From contig JAJCXN010000041.1 of NCBI GenBank assembly GCA_029263415.1, positions 141,338 through 205,337 on the forward strand: DNA of 64,000 bases, read 5' to 3'. The notes below the pieces were generated by a model. The model did not search any database. It saw only the letters and a program-made list of their open reading frames with translations, and was not told where the DNA came from. The DNA comes from Acidobacteriota bacterium (GTDB taxonomy: Bacteria > Acidobacteriota > Thermoanaerobaculia > Multivoradales > Multivoraceae). Below are positions 1 through 9,246 of the stretch, piece after piece. Positions within the stretch are counted from its first letter, which is position 1. The number at the start of each line of letters is the position of its first letter. The translations under genes and the position numbers were made by a program.

Positions 1-1578
1 GAGAATCGTTGGCATAAGCCGTTCGTTGCGTACATCCACTCGCACTTTGTAGAGGTCGCCCGAGAGCTTCTCGACGGTTGGCTCAGCCATACTCATCAGC
101 GGCATCTGATCTGCGTGGTAGAGAGTGAAGGCCATGTTTCTGTGGAACAGCTCCATGCTTAAAAAGCGTGGGTTGACCCGGTTGGACAACTTCTTCCAGC
201 CGCCCATCTCCACCTTGCCGTAGGTGGGATGGTCAAACTCCGCCCACTCGACGAACTGGTCGCCGAACTCAAGGAAGTCGTCGAAGAAGAAGCGGCCTTT
301 GCCTCCCGAAATGGCTTGATCTGGATCCTCTTGTTGCTCTTGCAGCAGTGGGCTGTTGAAGTACTGCCCACCGTTCCATAGCTCGTTGGAGAAGGAGACC
401 GCGCCTATGCCGTCGTTGGTCCAGTCGATCGAGCCGCCGTGCACTGAGTAGAGGCCTTGCCAGATGACGATGTAGTCGTAGTAGGGAAGCATGCGCTCGC
501 CGTTTTCACCGAGTTCGTCGTACACCGCTAGGTCAGAGCGTGGGTAGTCGCCGTACCAAGCTGCTCCCGGGCCACGCAAGATCATGCCGCCGGTGTTGTG
601 GTACGACTGCATGCCCGCAATGTTGGGGCGCGTCATCATGAAGTCGTTGATGGCCCGTGCTTCCGGCAGCTGGAACGGATAGTCCATAGCGCCACCTTGG
701 ATGTATTCAGGCTGCCAATCGCTGGCGTAGTTGCGGTTAGGGTCGTAGCCGCCGATCGGGTCTTCGTTGACGCGACCGTCGCCGTCGTTATCAATGCCTT
801 CTTGACCGAGAAGTACCCAATCGCCAAACTCGCCTGCTGGTACGCGCTCGAGCATGCGTGGATCCGCGTGGCTGATGCGCAAGTTGCCTTCACCCGGAAC
901 GTGCTTGCGGATCTGCTCGATCACTCCGTTGCCGTTGAGGTCTTCGGGTGGATCCTCGTCGAACAAACCGTCGCCATCTGAGTCGACTGGAATGTGGCCG
1001 GTTCGAGCGCCTGAGCCGTGGTTGTCGAGAAAGTAGTCGCGACCGTCAGGGTTGACGCTGGGCACCAAGTAGATGACGCGTTCATCCACGATCCGCTGGA
1101 TGTCGGGGATGCGGTCGTAGTTCTCCATGAGGTACCAGAGGGTGTAGAGCGCCACCTCGGCGCCTTGGATTTCGTTGCCGTGCACGTTGGCCTCGATGAA
1201 CATCGCGGCCTTGTTTAACTCGGCGCCTGTGTCGGGGTTGTTGATCGTCATCATCCACATCTCGCGACCGCCATAGCTGTCGCCCAAGGACTGCAACGAG
1301 AGCATGTTGGGCCAGGTCTTCTCCATGGTGCGCAAGCGCTCGGAGATTTCGTCGTGATCGAGCCAACGATCCCATGTGAAGGGAAGGGTGTGCTCGGGGT
1401 CCGATCCGCGCAGCCCTTGCGACGCAGGTGCTTGCGCACTTGCCGTAAGGGTGCCTGCGGCTACCAGGCCGACGACCAAAGTCATCGTGACGAGAGTGGA
1501 GGAGCACAGTCGCCCAGCGCGAAGGCTCAAGGAACGGAGCGCGATTGAACTGAAGTAGGAAGAGTTGTTTGTGGTCAT
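1..1578 (-). CDS. Zinc carboxypeptidase, peptidase M14 family (paralog A). Truncated at its 3' end by the window edge. An alternative start at 1485 gives a signal-peptide-like N-terminus MTLVVGLVAAGTLTASA.
   Basis: I translated the minus strand by hand in the one frame absent from the ORF track; it is continuous from the ATG at 1578 down to position 1 with no stop. The translation contains a canonical M14 zinc motif NVHGNE (HxxE) and a second His-containing motif YHNTGGM. The segment DEDPPEDLNGNG is shared with the adjacent M14 gene. Confidence 0.65.
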   Translation of the reverse strand, partial: MTTNNSSYFSSIALRSLSLRAGRLCSSTLVTMTLVVGLVAAGTLTASAQAPASQGLRGSDPEHTLPFTWDRWLDHDEISERLRTMEKTWPNMLSLQSLGDSYGGREMWMMTINNPDTGAELNKAAMFIEANVHGNEIQGAEVALYTLWYLMENYDRIPDIQRIVDERVIYLVPSVNPDGRDYFLDNHGSGARTGHIPVDSDGDGLFDEDPPEDLNGNGVIEQIRKHVPGEGNLRISHADPRMLERVPAGEFGDWVLLGQEGIDNDGDGRVNEDPIGGYDPNRNYASDWQPEYIQGGAMDYPFQLPEARAINDFMMTRPNIAGMQSYHNTGGMILRGPGAAWYGDYPRSDLAVYDELGENGERMLPYYDYIVIWQGLYSVHGGSIDWTNDGIGAVSFSNELWNGGQYFNSPLLQEQQEDPDQAISGGKGRFFFDDFLEFGDQFVEWAEFDHPTYGKVEMGGWKKLSNRVNPRFLSMELFHRNMAFTLYHADQMPLMSMAEPTVEKLSGDLYKVRVDVRNERLMPTIL

Positions 1579-1587
1579 GATCGGTGC

Positions 1588-3609
1588 CTACCTCAGAGTG
1601 ACGCTGGTGGTGTCGCTGCCGCCCTTTTGGGCACGCAACGTGATGTCTATGGTGTCGCCGCGCTTACCGCGAATGATCCAAGTGAACGACTCTCTTGCCC
1701 CCGAGCCTGCGAGCGACGCCACCGTACTGGTCTTGGAGTTGCCGGTCATCACTGCTTCGGGTTCGATCTGGATCTGAACCGTCACAGGATCGACCGCTCG
1801 AGAGGTCACGCCGTGTTTGAGCGCTGTTGGGAAGTAGCCGGTGTTTTCGATCTCGGCGGTTACCGTGAAAATGCCGCCACCGTGATCTGTGACCTTGGTG
1901 TCTGCAAAGCTCACCTTGGGCAACATCTCGAGCAGTTGCACTGCGAACGCTCCATGCTTAGAGCCGAGCTCATCAACCGCGGCCGAAGGTGCCGGGTTGG
2001 TCAACGCGTAGGGTTCGAAGCCACCGATTTCGACCGCTCCCAGTTGAGGGTGATCGAAGCTTTCCCAGGTGCGGAAGCCGGGTGTCGGTTCGCCTTCTTG
2101 GACTTGGCTCGCGAGGCCCTTGAGTAGGGCTGCGTCTGAAGCGTCGGCTGCAGCGGCGCTGCCTGAAGCACCGCCCCGGCCGCCTCGTCCAGAGGCTCCA
2201 GGTGGTCCGCCTCTGCCTCCGCGTCCGCCCGGTCGGCCTCGACCCTGAGTCGACGTGGCCTCTCCAGCGGTTGCCGCAACGTCTGAAGCGCTGGTCTCTT
2301 CGCTAGGAGAACCGTCCCCTTCGTCAGGGGTTGCTTCGCCGGTTTCGGCCTTAACGAAGCTCCAGCCTGGAGTGGAGAAAGAGGGCACGCCGAACTGAAA
2401 GTAGCCGAACTGAAAGAAGGCGCCCTCGGGTGCCCTGCGGTAGACGGTTTCTGTCACCCCGGTGGTCTCTTTGTAGGTCTCGGCGACCTTCTTGAAGTAC
2501 GGTTGGTCTCCCTTGTTGACTGCAGTCTCGGGCCGGCGGCCTGAGGCAGGATCGTTGTCGCGACCCTTTTGCGCGCCACGCAATGGTGGAGTCGCAGATG
2601 CGACTCCGAAGAATCGGCCGAAGCGACGACCACCTGGCCCGCCTTCGCGATAGTTGCCCACGCTCAACGCAGGAGCATTGGAGGCGCTAGCGAATCGCTC
2701 GAGATCGATGGCGGTGGGGTCCTTTGGGTTGCCATCGCTATCGACGTCATTAGCGAGGTTGTCGCTGTGGCCGAAGGTCAGGATTGCCGCGATGTTGCGA
2801 TGACTGACCATGAAGTCCATCAGTGCTCGCGATTCGCTTTCGCTGACCATGTAGCGGCCAGCGTCTGCCTTCCAGTAGGGGTAGGCGTGCTGAAAGTTGC
2901 GGTTGAGATCGGTGCCGCCGGGGCCGTCTTCGTTGTAGAAGCCGTCGCCGTCGGTGTCTCGGCCCTCCCAGTAGACCGCGTGGGTTCCAGATTCGCCTTT
3001 AGCCGCGTCAGCTTTGGCCATCAAGCGCAATTCATCGGATTGGATCTGGTACTCGCCGTCGGTGTCGAGCACGCGCATCTGCGTGATGAAGCCATCGCCG
3101 TTGAGGTCTTCGGGTGGGTCCTCGTCAATACGACCGTCGTTGTCGTCGTCGTAAGGGGTTGCATTGCCGCGTCGGTTCCACTGCGGTGTTGAGAAGTAGC
3201 TCTCTGCACCGTCTGGGTTGAGGCGTGGAATCACATACACAACGTTGTCTTTGAGGGTGGCTGCCGCATCCTCCGATTGCAGCAGGTGCTCGATTGTCCC
3301 CACCGCGAGCGCGCTGCCGACTAGGTGGTCGCCCTCGAGGTTGGCGACGATCAGGAGGCCTGGTCGATGCTCCGGTTGTTGCGTTCCCTCGGCGGCAATC
3401 TCGACTACCCACAGCTCACGACCTTCTGAGGATGTGCCGATGGATGAGAGTTGGGCGAGCTCGGAAGTGCTGGCGAGTTGCCGGAGCTCTTGGGTCAATC
3501 CGTTGTGATCTTGATACGCCGGTTGCGCGCTCGCGGCGATGCTAGTGAGGGCGGCGGCGATCGCGATTGGCGCGATAGCGGACCAGCCGAGTTTGGAGGA
3601 TGGCGTCAC
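1588..3609 (-). CDS. Peptidase M14-family protein (paralog B), secreted, with a Gly/Arg-rich low-complexity insert
   Basis: 673-aa ORF with a signal peptide (MTPSSKLGWSAIAPIAIAAALTSIAASAQ). It carries M14-like segments (DEDPPEDLNGDGF, FGHSDNLANDVD) homologous to paralog A. A low-complexity tract GRGRPGGRGGRGGPPGASGRGGRGG is encoded around 2160-2260. Confidence 0.75.
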   Translation of the reverse strand: MTPSSKLGWSAIAPIAIAAALTSIAASAQPAYQDHNGLTQELRQLASTSELAQLSSIGTSSEGRELWVVEIAAEGTQQPEHRPGLLIVANLEGDHLVGSALAVGTIEHLLQSEDAAATLKDNVVYVIPRLNPDGAESYFSTPQWNRRGNATPYDDDNDGRIDEDPPEDLNGDGFITQMRVLDTDGEYQIQSDELRLMAKADAAKGESGTHAVYWEGRDTDGDGFYNEDGPGGTDLNRNFQHAYPYWKADAGRYMVSESESRALMDFMVSHRNIAAILTFGHSDNLANDVDSDGNPKDPTAIDLERFASASNAPALSVGNYREGGPGGRRFGRFFGVASATPPLRGAQKGRDNDPASGRRPETAVNKGDQPYFKKVAETYKETTGVTETVYRRAPEGAFFQFGYFQFGVPSFSTPGWSFVKAETGEATPDEGDGSPSEETSASDVAATAGEATSTQGRGRPGGRGGRGGPPGASGRGGRGGASGSAAAADASDAALLKGLASQVQEGEPTPGFRTWESFDHPQLGAVEIGGFEPYALTNPAPSAAVDELGSKHGAFAVQLLEMLPKVSFADTKVTDHGGGIFTVTAEIENTGYFPTALKHGVTSRAVDPVTVQIQIEPEAVMTGNSKTSTVASLAGSGARESFTWIIRGKRGDTIDITLRAQKGGSDTTSVTLR

Positions 3610-3948
3610 GAAGTGTCTCCTGGGAAGGGCGGTTGAGTTTCTCTGGTTCTATGACGTAGAAGCTGTGGGGCCTGTTTTGCTCTAGGTGAGAGTTTATTGG
3701 GCTTAGACTGGCCGAACCTGTTGTCTCAGCAGATGGTGGCAAGAATCGATGCCAAGAACGCTTGAGGATTCGGTGGTGGTTGCGCGCGTTCGTCAAGCAT
3801 ACGAGCAGTGATTGACCGACTCTGGGTTCAGGCGAGCTGACCTTGCCTTTTAACTGACCGATCGGTCAATATGGGCCAATAGAAGTTGTTGAGCAACTCA
3901 ACAAGAGCCCCGTTCCAAATGACCTTTTCGATGGATGAGTTTCGAAGA

Positions 3949-4269
3949 ATGCCCAAGATCAAGTTTGTTAGCCACGATGACACGGAGTTCGTCGTGGACG
4001 CTAAGGCCGGAGTGTCGGTAATGGAAGCTGCCATGGACCACAACGTCCCGGGTATCGACGCCGATTGTGGGGGCTGTTGCTCCTGCGCAACGTGCCATGT
4101 CGTCGTGTCCCCCGATTGGGTCGCGCGGGCCGGCAGCCCAGGAGACATGGAAGAAGACATGCTGTCGATCCACGATGATCGCCACCCCGGATCACGCCTC
4201 AGCTGCCAGATCGAAATGAGTGATGAACTCGATGGCCTAGAGGTCAGGGTCCCCGAATTTCAAATGTAG
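3949..4269 (+). CDS. [2Fe-2S] ferredoxin, putidaredoxin/adrenodoxin type
   Basis: The Cys motif CGGCCSCATCH...C is typical of adrenodoxin-family ferredoxins. The N-terminus MPKIKFVSHDDTEF aligns with putidaredoxin-like starts, so the internal ATG at 3949 is preferred over the track start 3886. It lies 76 bp upstream of a P450 gene. Confidence 0.85.
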   Translation: MPKIKFVSHDDTEFVVDAKAGVSVMEAAMDHNVPGIDADCGGCCSCATCHVVVSPDWVARAGSPGDMEEDMLSIHDDRHPGSRLSCQIEMSDELDGLEVRVPEFQM

Positions 4270-4345
4270 TGATGCTCCTTGGGCGCAAGCTTGAGGTCTG
4301 CAGCATGTTGCTAGTGACCGCAGTTTCTTTGAGCAGGAGAGAACG

Positions 4346-5638
4346 ATGACCACCGCCGAAGTACCGATTCCGCCAGCCTCAGCGCACGCTGAGGGAATGT
4401 TTGACGTCCCGTTGATGCCGCTCGATCCTTATGACGTTGCGATCGAGGATGTCGATGTTTCGCAGCCCCATCTATTCGAGGCCAATCGGCAGTACGACTA
4501 CTTTGCACGCATGCGCAAAGAAGCGCCGATCCACTACAGCGCGCGAGGCGAGTTCGGCCCGTATTGGTCGTTGACCAACTACCAGGACATCCAGCACGTC
4601 GATACCAACCACAAGGCGTACTCTTCAGAGCCTGCAATTGTGCTTCAGGATCCGCTAGTGGATTTCACCATGCCGATGTTCATTGCTATGGATCCACCCA
4701 AGCACGATCGTCAGCGCAAGGAAGTGAGTCCCGTGGTCGGGCCGCGCAACCTCAAGGCGCTCGAGCAGACGATCCGCTCCAGGGTTTGCACCATTCTCGA
4801 CTCGCTGCCCGTTGGCGAGTCCTTCAATTGGGTCGACCTGGTCTCGATCGAACTCACCACTCAGATGTTGGCGACGCTGTTCGACTTTCCATTCGAGGAT
4901 CGGCGCAAACTCACCTACTGGTCTGACGTCGCCACTGCTCGAATTGAACCTGGTGGCTTGGTGGAGTCGGATGAAGAACGCCAAGGTGTGCTGCGCGAGT
5001 GTTTGGAGTACTTCAGCAGGTTGTGGCAGGAGCGCGCTCACAAGGAGCCGGGCAACGACATGATCTCGATGCTGGCGCACGGCGAGTCGACCAAGGACAT
5101 GCCGCCGATGGAGTTCTTGGGCAACCTCGTCCTGCTGATCGTTGGCGGTAATGACACCACGCGTAATTCCATCAGTGCTGGCGTGCTCGGTCTGAACCAG
5201 TTCCCCGATGAGTATCAGAAACTACGCAACGATCCGTCGCTGATTCCTAACATGGTTTCGGAGACCATCCGTTGGCAGACACCACTGGCCTATATGCGTC
5301 GGACCGCTCTTGAAGACATCGAATACAAAGGGCACACCATCAAAGAAGGCGACAAGATCGCGATGTGGTATGCCAGTGGCAACCGTGATGCCGCAATCTT
5401 CGAAGACGCCGATCGAATGATCATAGATCGCGACAATGCGCGCAGGCACATTTCGTTCGGCTTTGGTATCCACCGTTGCATGGGTAACCGACTTGCCGAA
5501 CTTCAGTTGCGCGTCTTGTGGGAAGAGATCCTGCCTCGCTTCGAACAGGTCGAAGTGGTGGGTGACCCAGTGCGCGTGCGTTCGAGCTTTGTCCAGGGTT
5601 ACAGCGAGTTGCCGGTCCGCCTGCACGCAAGAGCGTAG
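4346..5638 (+). CDS. Cytochrome P450, CYP153-like family (alkane/terminal hydroxylase type)
   Basis: Heme-binding signature FGFGIHRCMGNRLAELQLRVLWEEI (FxxGxHxCxG). The N-terminal blocks GPYWSLTNYQDIQHVDTNHKAYSSE and MFIAMDPPKHDRQR match conserved CYP153A blocks from memory. It sits in a ferredoxin-P450 arrangement. Confidence 0.88.
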   Translation: MTTAEVPIPPASAHAEGMFDVPLMPLDPYDVAIEDVDVSQPHLFEANRQYDYFARMRKEAPIHYSARGEFGPYWSLTNYQDIQHVDTNHKAYSSEPAIVLQDPLVDFTMPMFIAMDPPKHDRQRKEVSPVVGPRNLKALEQTIRSRVCTILDSLPVGESFNWVDLVSIELTTQMLATLFDFPFEDRRKLTYWSDVATARIEPGGLVESDEERQGVLRECLEYFSRLWQERAHKEPGNDMISMLAHGESTKDMPPMEFLGNLVLLIVGGNDTTRNSISAGVLGLNQFPDEYQKLRNDPSLIPNMVSETIRWQTPLAYMRRTALEDIEYKGHTIKEGDKIAMWYASGNRDAAIFEDADRMIIDRDNARRHISFGFGIHRCMGNRLAELQLRVLWEEILPRFEQVEVVGDPVRVRSSFVQGYSELPVRLHARA

Positions 5639-5750
5639 GGCAGCGTGTCCGCTTTTGACAGCCGACTGCGAAGGATGGAGTGGTAACGAAGACTGTTGAT
5701 AGCTGGTCGGCTTAGCGGCGACGCCGCGCGGAGCCAAAGGGAGCTTTGGA

Positions 5751-6929
5751 GTGAAGCGGCTCGCGGTTTTTCTCGACGGGACCTGGAATGACCCAGCTAG
5801 CAGGACCAATGTGTCTCGGCTGCACGGCTTGGTCGCTGACGTTGGCACAGATGGCGCACGACAACTCGCGTACTACGACACAGGCGTCGGCACCAAACGC
5901 TTTGAGAAGCTGCGGGGTGGCGTGGGTGCTTATGGGCTCTCTAGGAACGTCAGACAAGCCTACGGCTGGCTGAAGGAGCAGTACGAAGAGGGAGATGAGG
6001 TCTTCGTCTTCGGTTTCAGTCGGGGAGCGTTCACCGCGCGCAGCGTTGCAGGAATGATCGCTCGCTATGGGTTGCTTATGCCCGACTCGTCGGTGACGGT
6101 GGATGAACTCTACGAGCTCTACCGCGCCGAAGCGAAAGGCAAGCCTGGGCCGGGCTCTGTGGAGGAGGCCCTTGTTAGTCGCTTGAAAGAGAATGCCCGC
6201 CGGATACGCGTCCGCTTTGTCGGCGTCTGGGACACGGTCGGTACTTTGGGTGTGCCGTTTGGAAACATCCCGGGTATCAGTCGCAAGCAGTTTCGCTTCC
6301 ACAACACCCGGCCCAGCCGATGGATCGACGAAGGGTGTCAGGCGCTTGCGATCAATGAGAATCGAAGGGCCTACGACGCCGTGTTGTGGACCAACTTTCT
6401 GGCCTTGAATCCTGCGACCGGGAAGATCGCCGACCCACTGCGCCGTTCGCAGGTTCACCATCCGTCGTTCGAACAACGGTGGTTCATTGGAGTGCACTCG
6501 AACGTCGGCGGTGGTTATCCAGATGACGTTCTAGCTCTGCCGCCACTGTCATGGATCCAACGCCGCGCCGCCGGTGCGGGCCTGGCCTTCACCGCTACTG
6601 TTGCGTTGAGCGGTGACGAGCACTTGCGAGGAGAGCTGGTTGACTCGTTCAAGAGGTTCATGAAGGGCATCTATCAGATCGTCCGGTTCAATCGGCGTCA
6701 CTATCGCGAGATCGGTCGAGCCCTGGTGGAACGCAGCGGTCGCTCGGTCGGCTTGCTGGAGACAGTCAACGAGAGCATCGATCGCACGGTGATCGAACGC
6801 TGGCAGCAGGACGGTGAATACCGGCCAAAGAATCTGCGCGAGTTCGCCGATCGAGCCGGCATCGACCTTGAGGCGCCGGCGCCTGCTGACAGCCTAAAGG
6901 TCGAGAGCGACTGGGACTCTCACACCTAG
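5751..6929 (+). CDS. DUF2235 alpha/beta-hydrolase (Tle1-like phospholipase family)
   Basis: The N-terminus MKRLAVFLDGTWND and YYDTGVGT are hallmarks of DUF2235. It has a GxSxG nucleophile elbow (GFSRG) and a VWDTVG block. GTG start, with AGGGA about 9 nt upstream. Confidence 0.7.
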   Translation: MKRLAVFLDGTWNDPASRTNVSRLHGLVADVGTDGARQLAYYDTGVGTKRFEKLRGGVGAYGLSRNVRQAYGWLKEQYEEGDEVFVFGFSRGAFTARSVAGMIARYGLLMPDSSVTVDELYELYRAEAKGKPGPGSVEEALVSRLKENARRIRVRFVGVWDTVGTLGVPFGNIPGISRKQFRFHNTRPSRWIDEGCQALAINENRRAYDAVLWTNFLALNPATGKIADPLRRSQVHHPSFEQRWFIGVHSNVGGGYPDDVLALPPLSWIQRRAAGAGLAFTATVALSGDEHLRGELVDSFKRFMKGIYQIVRFNRRHYREIGRALVERSGRSVGLLETVNESIDRTVIERWQQDGEYRPKNLREFADRAGIDLEAPAPADSLKVESDWDSHT

Positions 6930-7166
6930 GAACGACTCTGGCGTGGTCAACGGCACTCGCTGGACAGTCACAAAAAGCGACGTCAAGGAAGCGTGGAAAC
7001 CGTTGGTTCAGATACCCTTCAGGCCGCTCCCCCCTCTAGGGCGTCGAGCTTTGGTCCCTGGGCAATAGCCTGAGGACGAGGGTCGACCGCGACGGCGCTC
7101 GTCGATTGATGACCACACCGTGGCTCGATCCCACCTAGGGCCAACTGACTTTTGGACGATCTCGCT

Positions 7167-8393
7167 ATGGCGCAACCGCGCAAAGCCGCAGTCGGCTTCA
7201 TTCTGGTCACCCTGTTTCTCGACATCCTCGGCATCGGGATCATCATCCCGATCCTGCCCGGGCTGATCAAAGAGTTTGCCGGAGGCAGCACCGCGAGCGC
7301 GGGCTTCTACGTTGGCGTGATTTCCGCCAGCTATGCAGCGACACAATTCATCTTCGCGCCGATTCTCGGGGCGCTGTCTGACCGTTTCGGGCGCAGGCCG
7401 GTGATCCTGGTGGCCCTGTTCGGGCTTGGAATTGACTACCTGATTCAAGGTTTCGCGCCTAACCTGGCTTGGCTCTTTGTCGGTCGCATCATCGCTGGAG
7501 TCATGGGTGCCTCCTACACCAGCGCTAATGCTTACATCGCCGATGTGTCGACCCCAGAAACCCGCGCCCGGAACTTCGGGTTCGTTGGCGTCGCTTTTGG
7601 CCTCGGTTTCATCGCTGGCCCTGCCCTTGGCGGTTTCCTAGGCGGTATCAGTCTGCGGCTACCGTTCTTCGTTTCCGCAGGGCTGGTGCTGGTGAACTGG
7701 CTCTATGGTTTCTTCGTCTTGCCTGAGTCTTTGGCTCCTGAGAACCGCAGCCCCATGACGCTCTCGAAACTCAATCCTCTGGGCGCAATTGTGCATCTCA
7801 AGACCTATCCAATGGTGGCTGGACTCGCCGGAGCCTTCGTTTTCTTCGGTCTCGCGCAGCGCGGCCTTGAGAACGTCTGGGTGCTTTACACCACGCACCG
7901 CTACGGCTGGAACGAAGCCACCAATGGCCTAGCGCTCGCCTTGGTCGGGGTCATGGCAGTCATCGTCCAGGGTGGGCTGGTGAGGCCCGTGATCGGCTGG
8001 CTCGGTGAGCGCAAAGCGATCATCTATGGTCTTGCGTTAGGCGTCTTTACCTACATCTTCTACGGGCTCGCCAGCCAAGGCTGGATGCTGTACGTTGTAA
8101 TCATCGTTGGTTCCCTAGGAGGAGTCGCTGGTCCTGCCATCCAAGGCCTTGTCGCAGGCAGTGTCGCTCCCAACGAGCAAGGCCGCGTGCAGGGCGCCCT
8201 CGCCGCCCTCCAAAGCGCCACCAGCATCTTCGCCCCGCTCGTCTTCAGCGCCGGCCTGTTTAGCTTCTTCACCTCCGAGAACGCTCCCTTCCAACTTCCA
8301 GGGGCGCCCTTTTTCTTTGGCGCCGTCTGCACGCTAGCGGGCTTTGTCCTCGTGCTCCGCCAGTTCCGCCGAAGCCCAGAAGTTGCCGCCTAG
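7167..8393 (+). CDS. MFS efflux transporter, TetA/TCR-like family
   Basis: Multiple TM helices. MFS motif A region GALSDRFGRRPVILVAL; the N-terminal LDILGIGIIIPILPGL is similar to tetracycline-type MFS pumps. The ATG at 7167 is preferred over the TTG at 7152. Confidence 0.8.
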   Translation: MAQPRKAAVGFILVTLFLDILGIGIIIPILPGLIKEFAGGSTASAGFYVGVISASYAATQFIFAPILGALSDRFGRRPVILVALFGLGIDYLIQGFAPNLAWLFVGRIIAGVMGASYTSANAYIADVSTPETRARNFGFVGVAFGLGFIAGPALGGFLGGISLRLPFFVSAGLVLVNWLYGFFVLPESLAPENRSPMTLSKLNPLGAIVHLKTYPMVAGLAGAFVFFGLAQRGLENVWVLYTTHRYGWNEATNGLALALVGVMAVIVQGGLVRPVIGWLGERKAIIYGLALGVFTYIFYGLASQGWMLYVVIIVGSLGGVAGPAIQGLVAGSVAPNEQGRVQGALAALQSATSIFAPLVFSAGLFSFFTSENAPFQLPGAPFFFGAVCTLAGFVLVLRQFRRSPEVAA

Positions 8394-8417
8394 TAGCGAC
8401 CGCTAAGAGCTCCCGGC

Positions 8418-9074
8418 TCAGCGGCAAGTCCCGGTCAGTGGACTCTCCGATCGACTCCGCTCGGAATCGCGGTTGTCCCGCACAGATGTTGGTCCGCGCA
8501 GATGTTGGTCCGTAGTTCTTCGCCGAAGATGTTGAGAAACATGGGGATGCATAGGTGGAAAATCGGCAACCACCACTGCCCGGAGAGTGCGATACCGAAG
8601 AAGGGACCGGGCTGGATCAGGTTCATGAAATTGGAGACTTCGGCTGGCATGGTGTAGAACACGATTGAACTCAGCGGCCGGAAGAGCTGTGGCGAGAAGG
8701 CAGCAAATGCCGCAAAGCCAAGTACCCCGCCGATCATGGCAAGTAAAGCCTTTTTCCCCTTTGTTCTCCAAGAGGATTGCAAGGACCGCGACGCCGGCCG
8801 CCTTGGGATAGATCCATGGAAAGCCGAATGGAATCCAAAGAATCGTTAGTGCAAGTGGCCACAGCCAAACACTGTTCCCACCAAGAGTTTGCCGTCGCAT
8901 GCGATCCCGAAACCGCGCCCAGGTCCAGGAGTTGCCCTCTCGCCGATAGGCGATGAGGGCAAACGCGAACAACGCTGAAAGGGGAGCCACGAACACGGCC
9001 ACGAAGATGCTGAAGGGCGCGAACTCGCTATTCTTGGGAAGCCGAATCCCCACGAACAATAGCCAGGTAATCAC
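8418..9074 (-). pseudogene. Integral membrane protein gene with an apparent frameshift at an A/G homopolymer (~8760-8790); function unknown
   Basis: The 218-aa ORF is hydrophobic/TM-like for ~97 aa and then degenerates. A second ORF (8435-8782) in another frame begins exactly there and continues TM-like (LLAMIGGVLGFAAFAAF...WWLPIFHLCIPMFLNIFGEELR). The junction is in the run gagaacaaaggggaaaaaggc. Confidence 0.4.
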
Positions 9075-9246
9075 CGCCGACGGAACTGCGAAACATGAGT
9101 GCTGCTCTGGACAGACTGAGTGGCTTCAACTGACTCAGGCGACACTCCTGTCCGGGACGTTTCTGGTGGTTTTGGGAGGTGGGTGGAGTCGGCAAGGCTG
9201 GGCCTTAGGATCCAGGCGCGCCTGTCCTCGAAGCACCGGGCGACTG

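Noticed and set aside
598-981. 127-aa plus-strand ORF
   Set aside because: It lies antisense inside the continuous minus-strand M14 peptidase reading frame. This is a typical high-GC shadow ORF.
1082-1507. 141-aa minus-strand Arg/His-rich ORF
   Set aside because: It is an alternative frame of the M14 peptidase gene. The composition is Arg-rich and non-protein-like.
5712-6497. 261-aa minus-strand ORF
   Set aside because: It is antisense to the DUF2235 gene, which has clear family motifs. No motifs are present in the antisense frame.
5751-6929. Possibility that the DUF2235 gene marks a T6SS effector/immunity locus
   Set aside because: There is no immunity-like small ORF, VgrG, PAAR or Hcp in the window. 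A standalone Tle1-like hydrolase is common, so this was not promoted to a finding.
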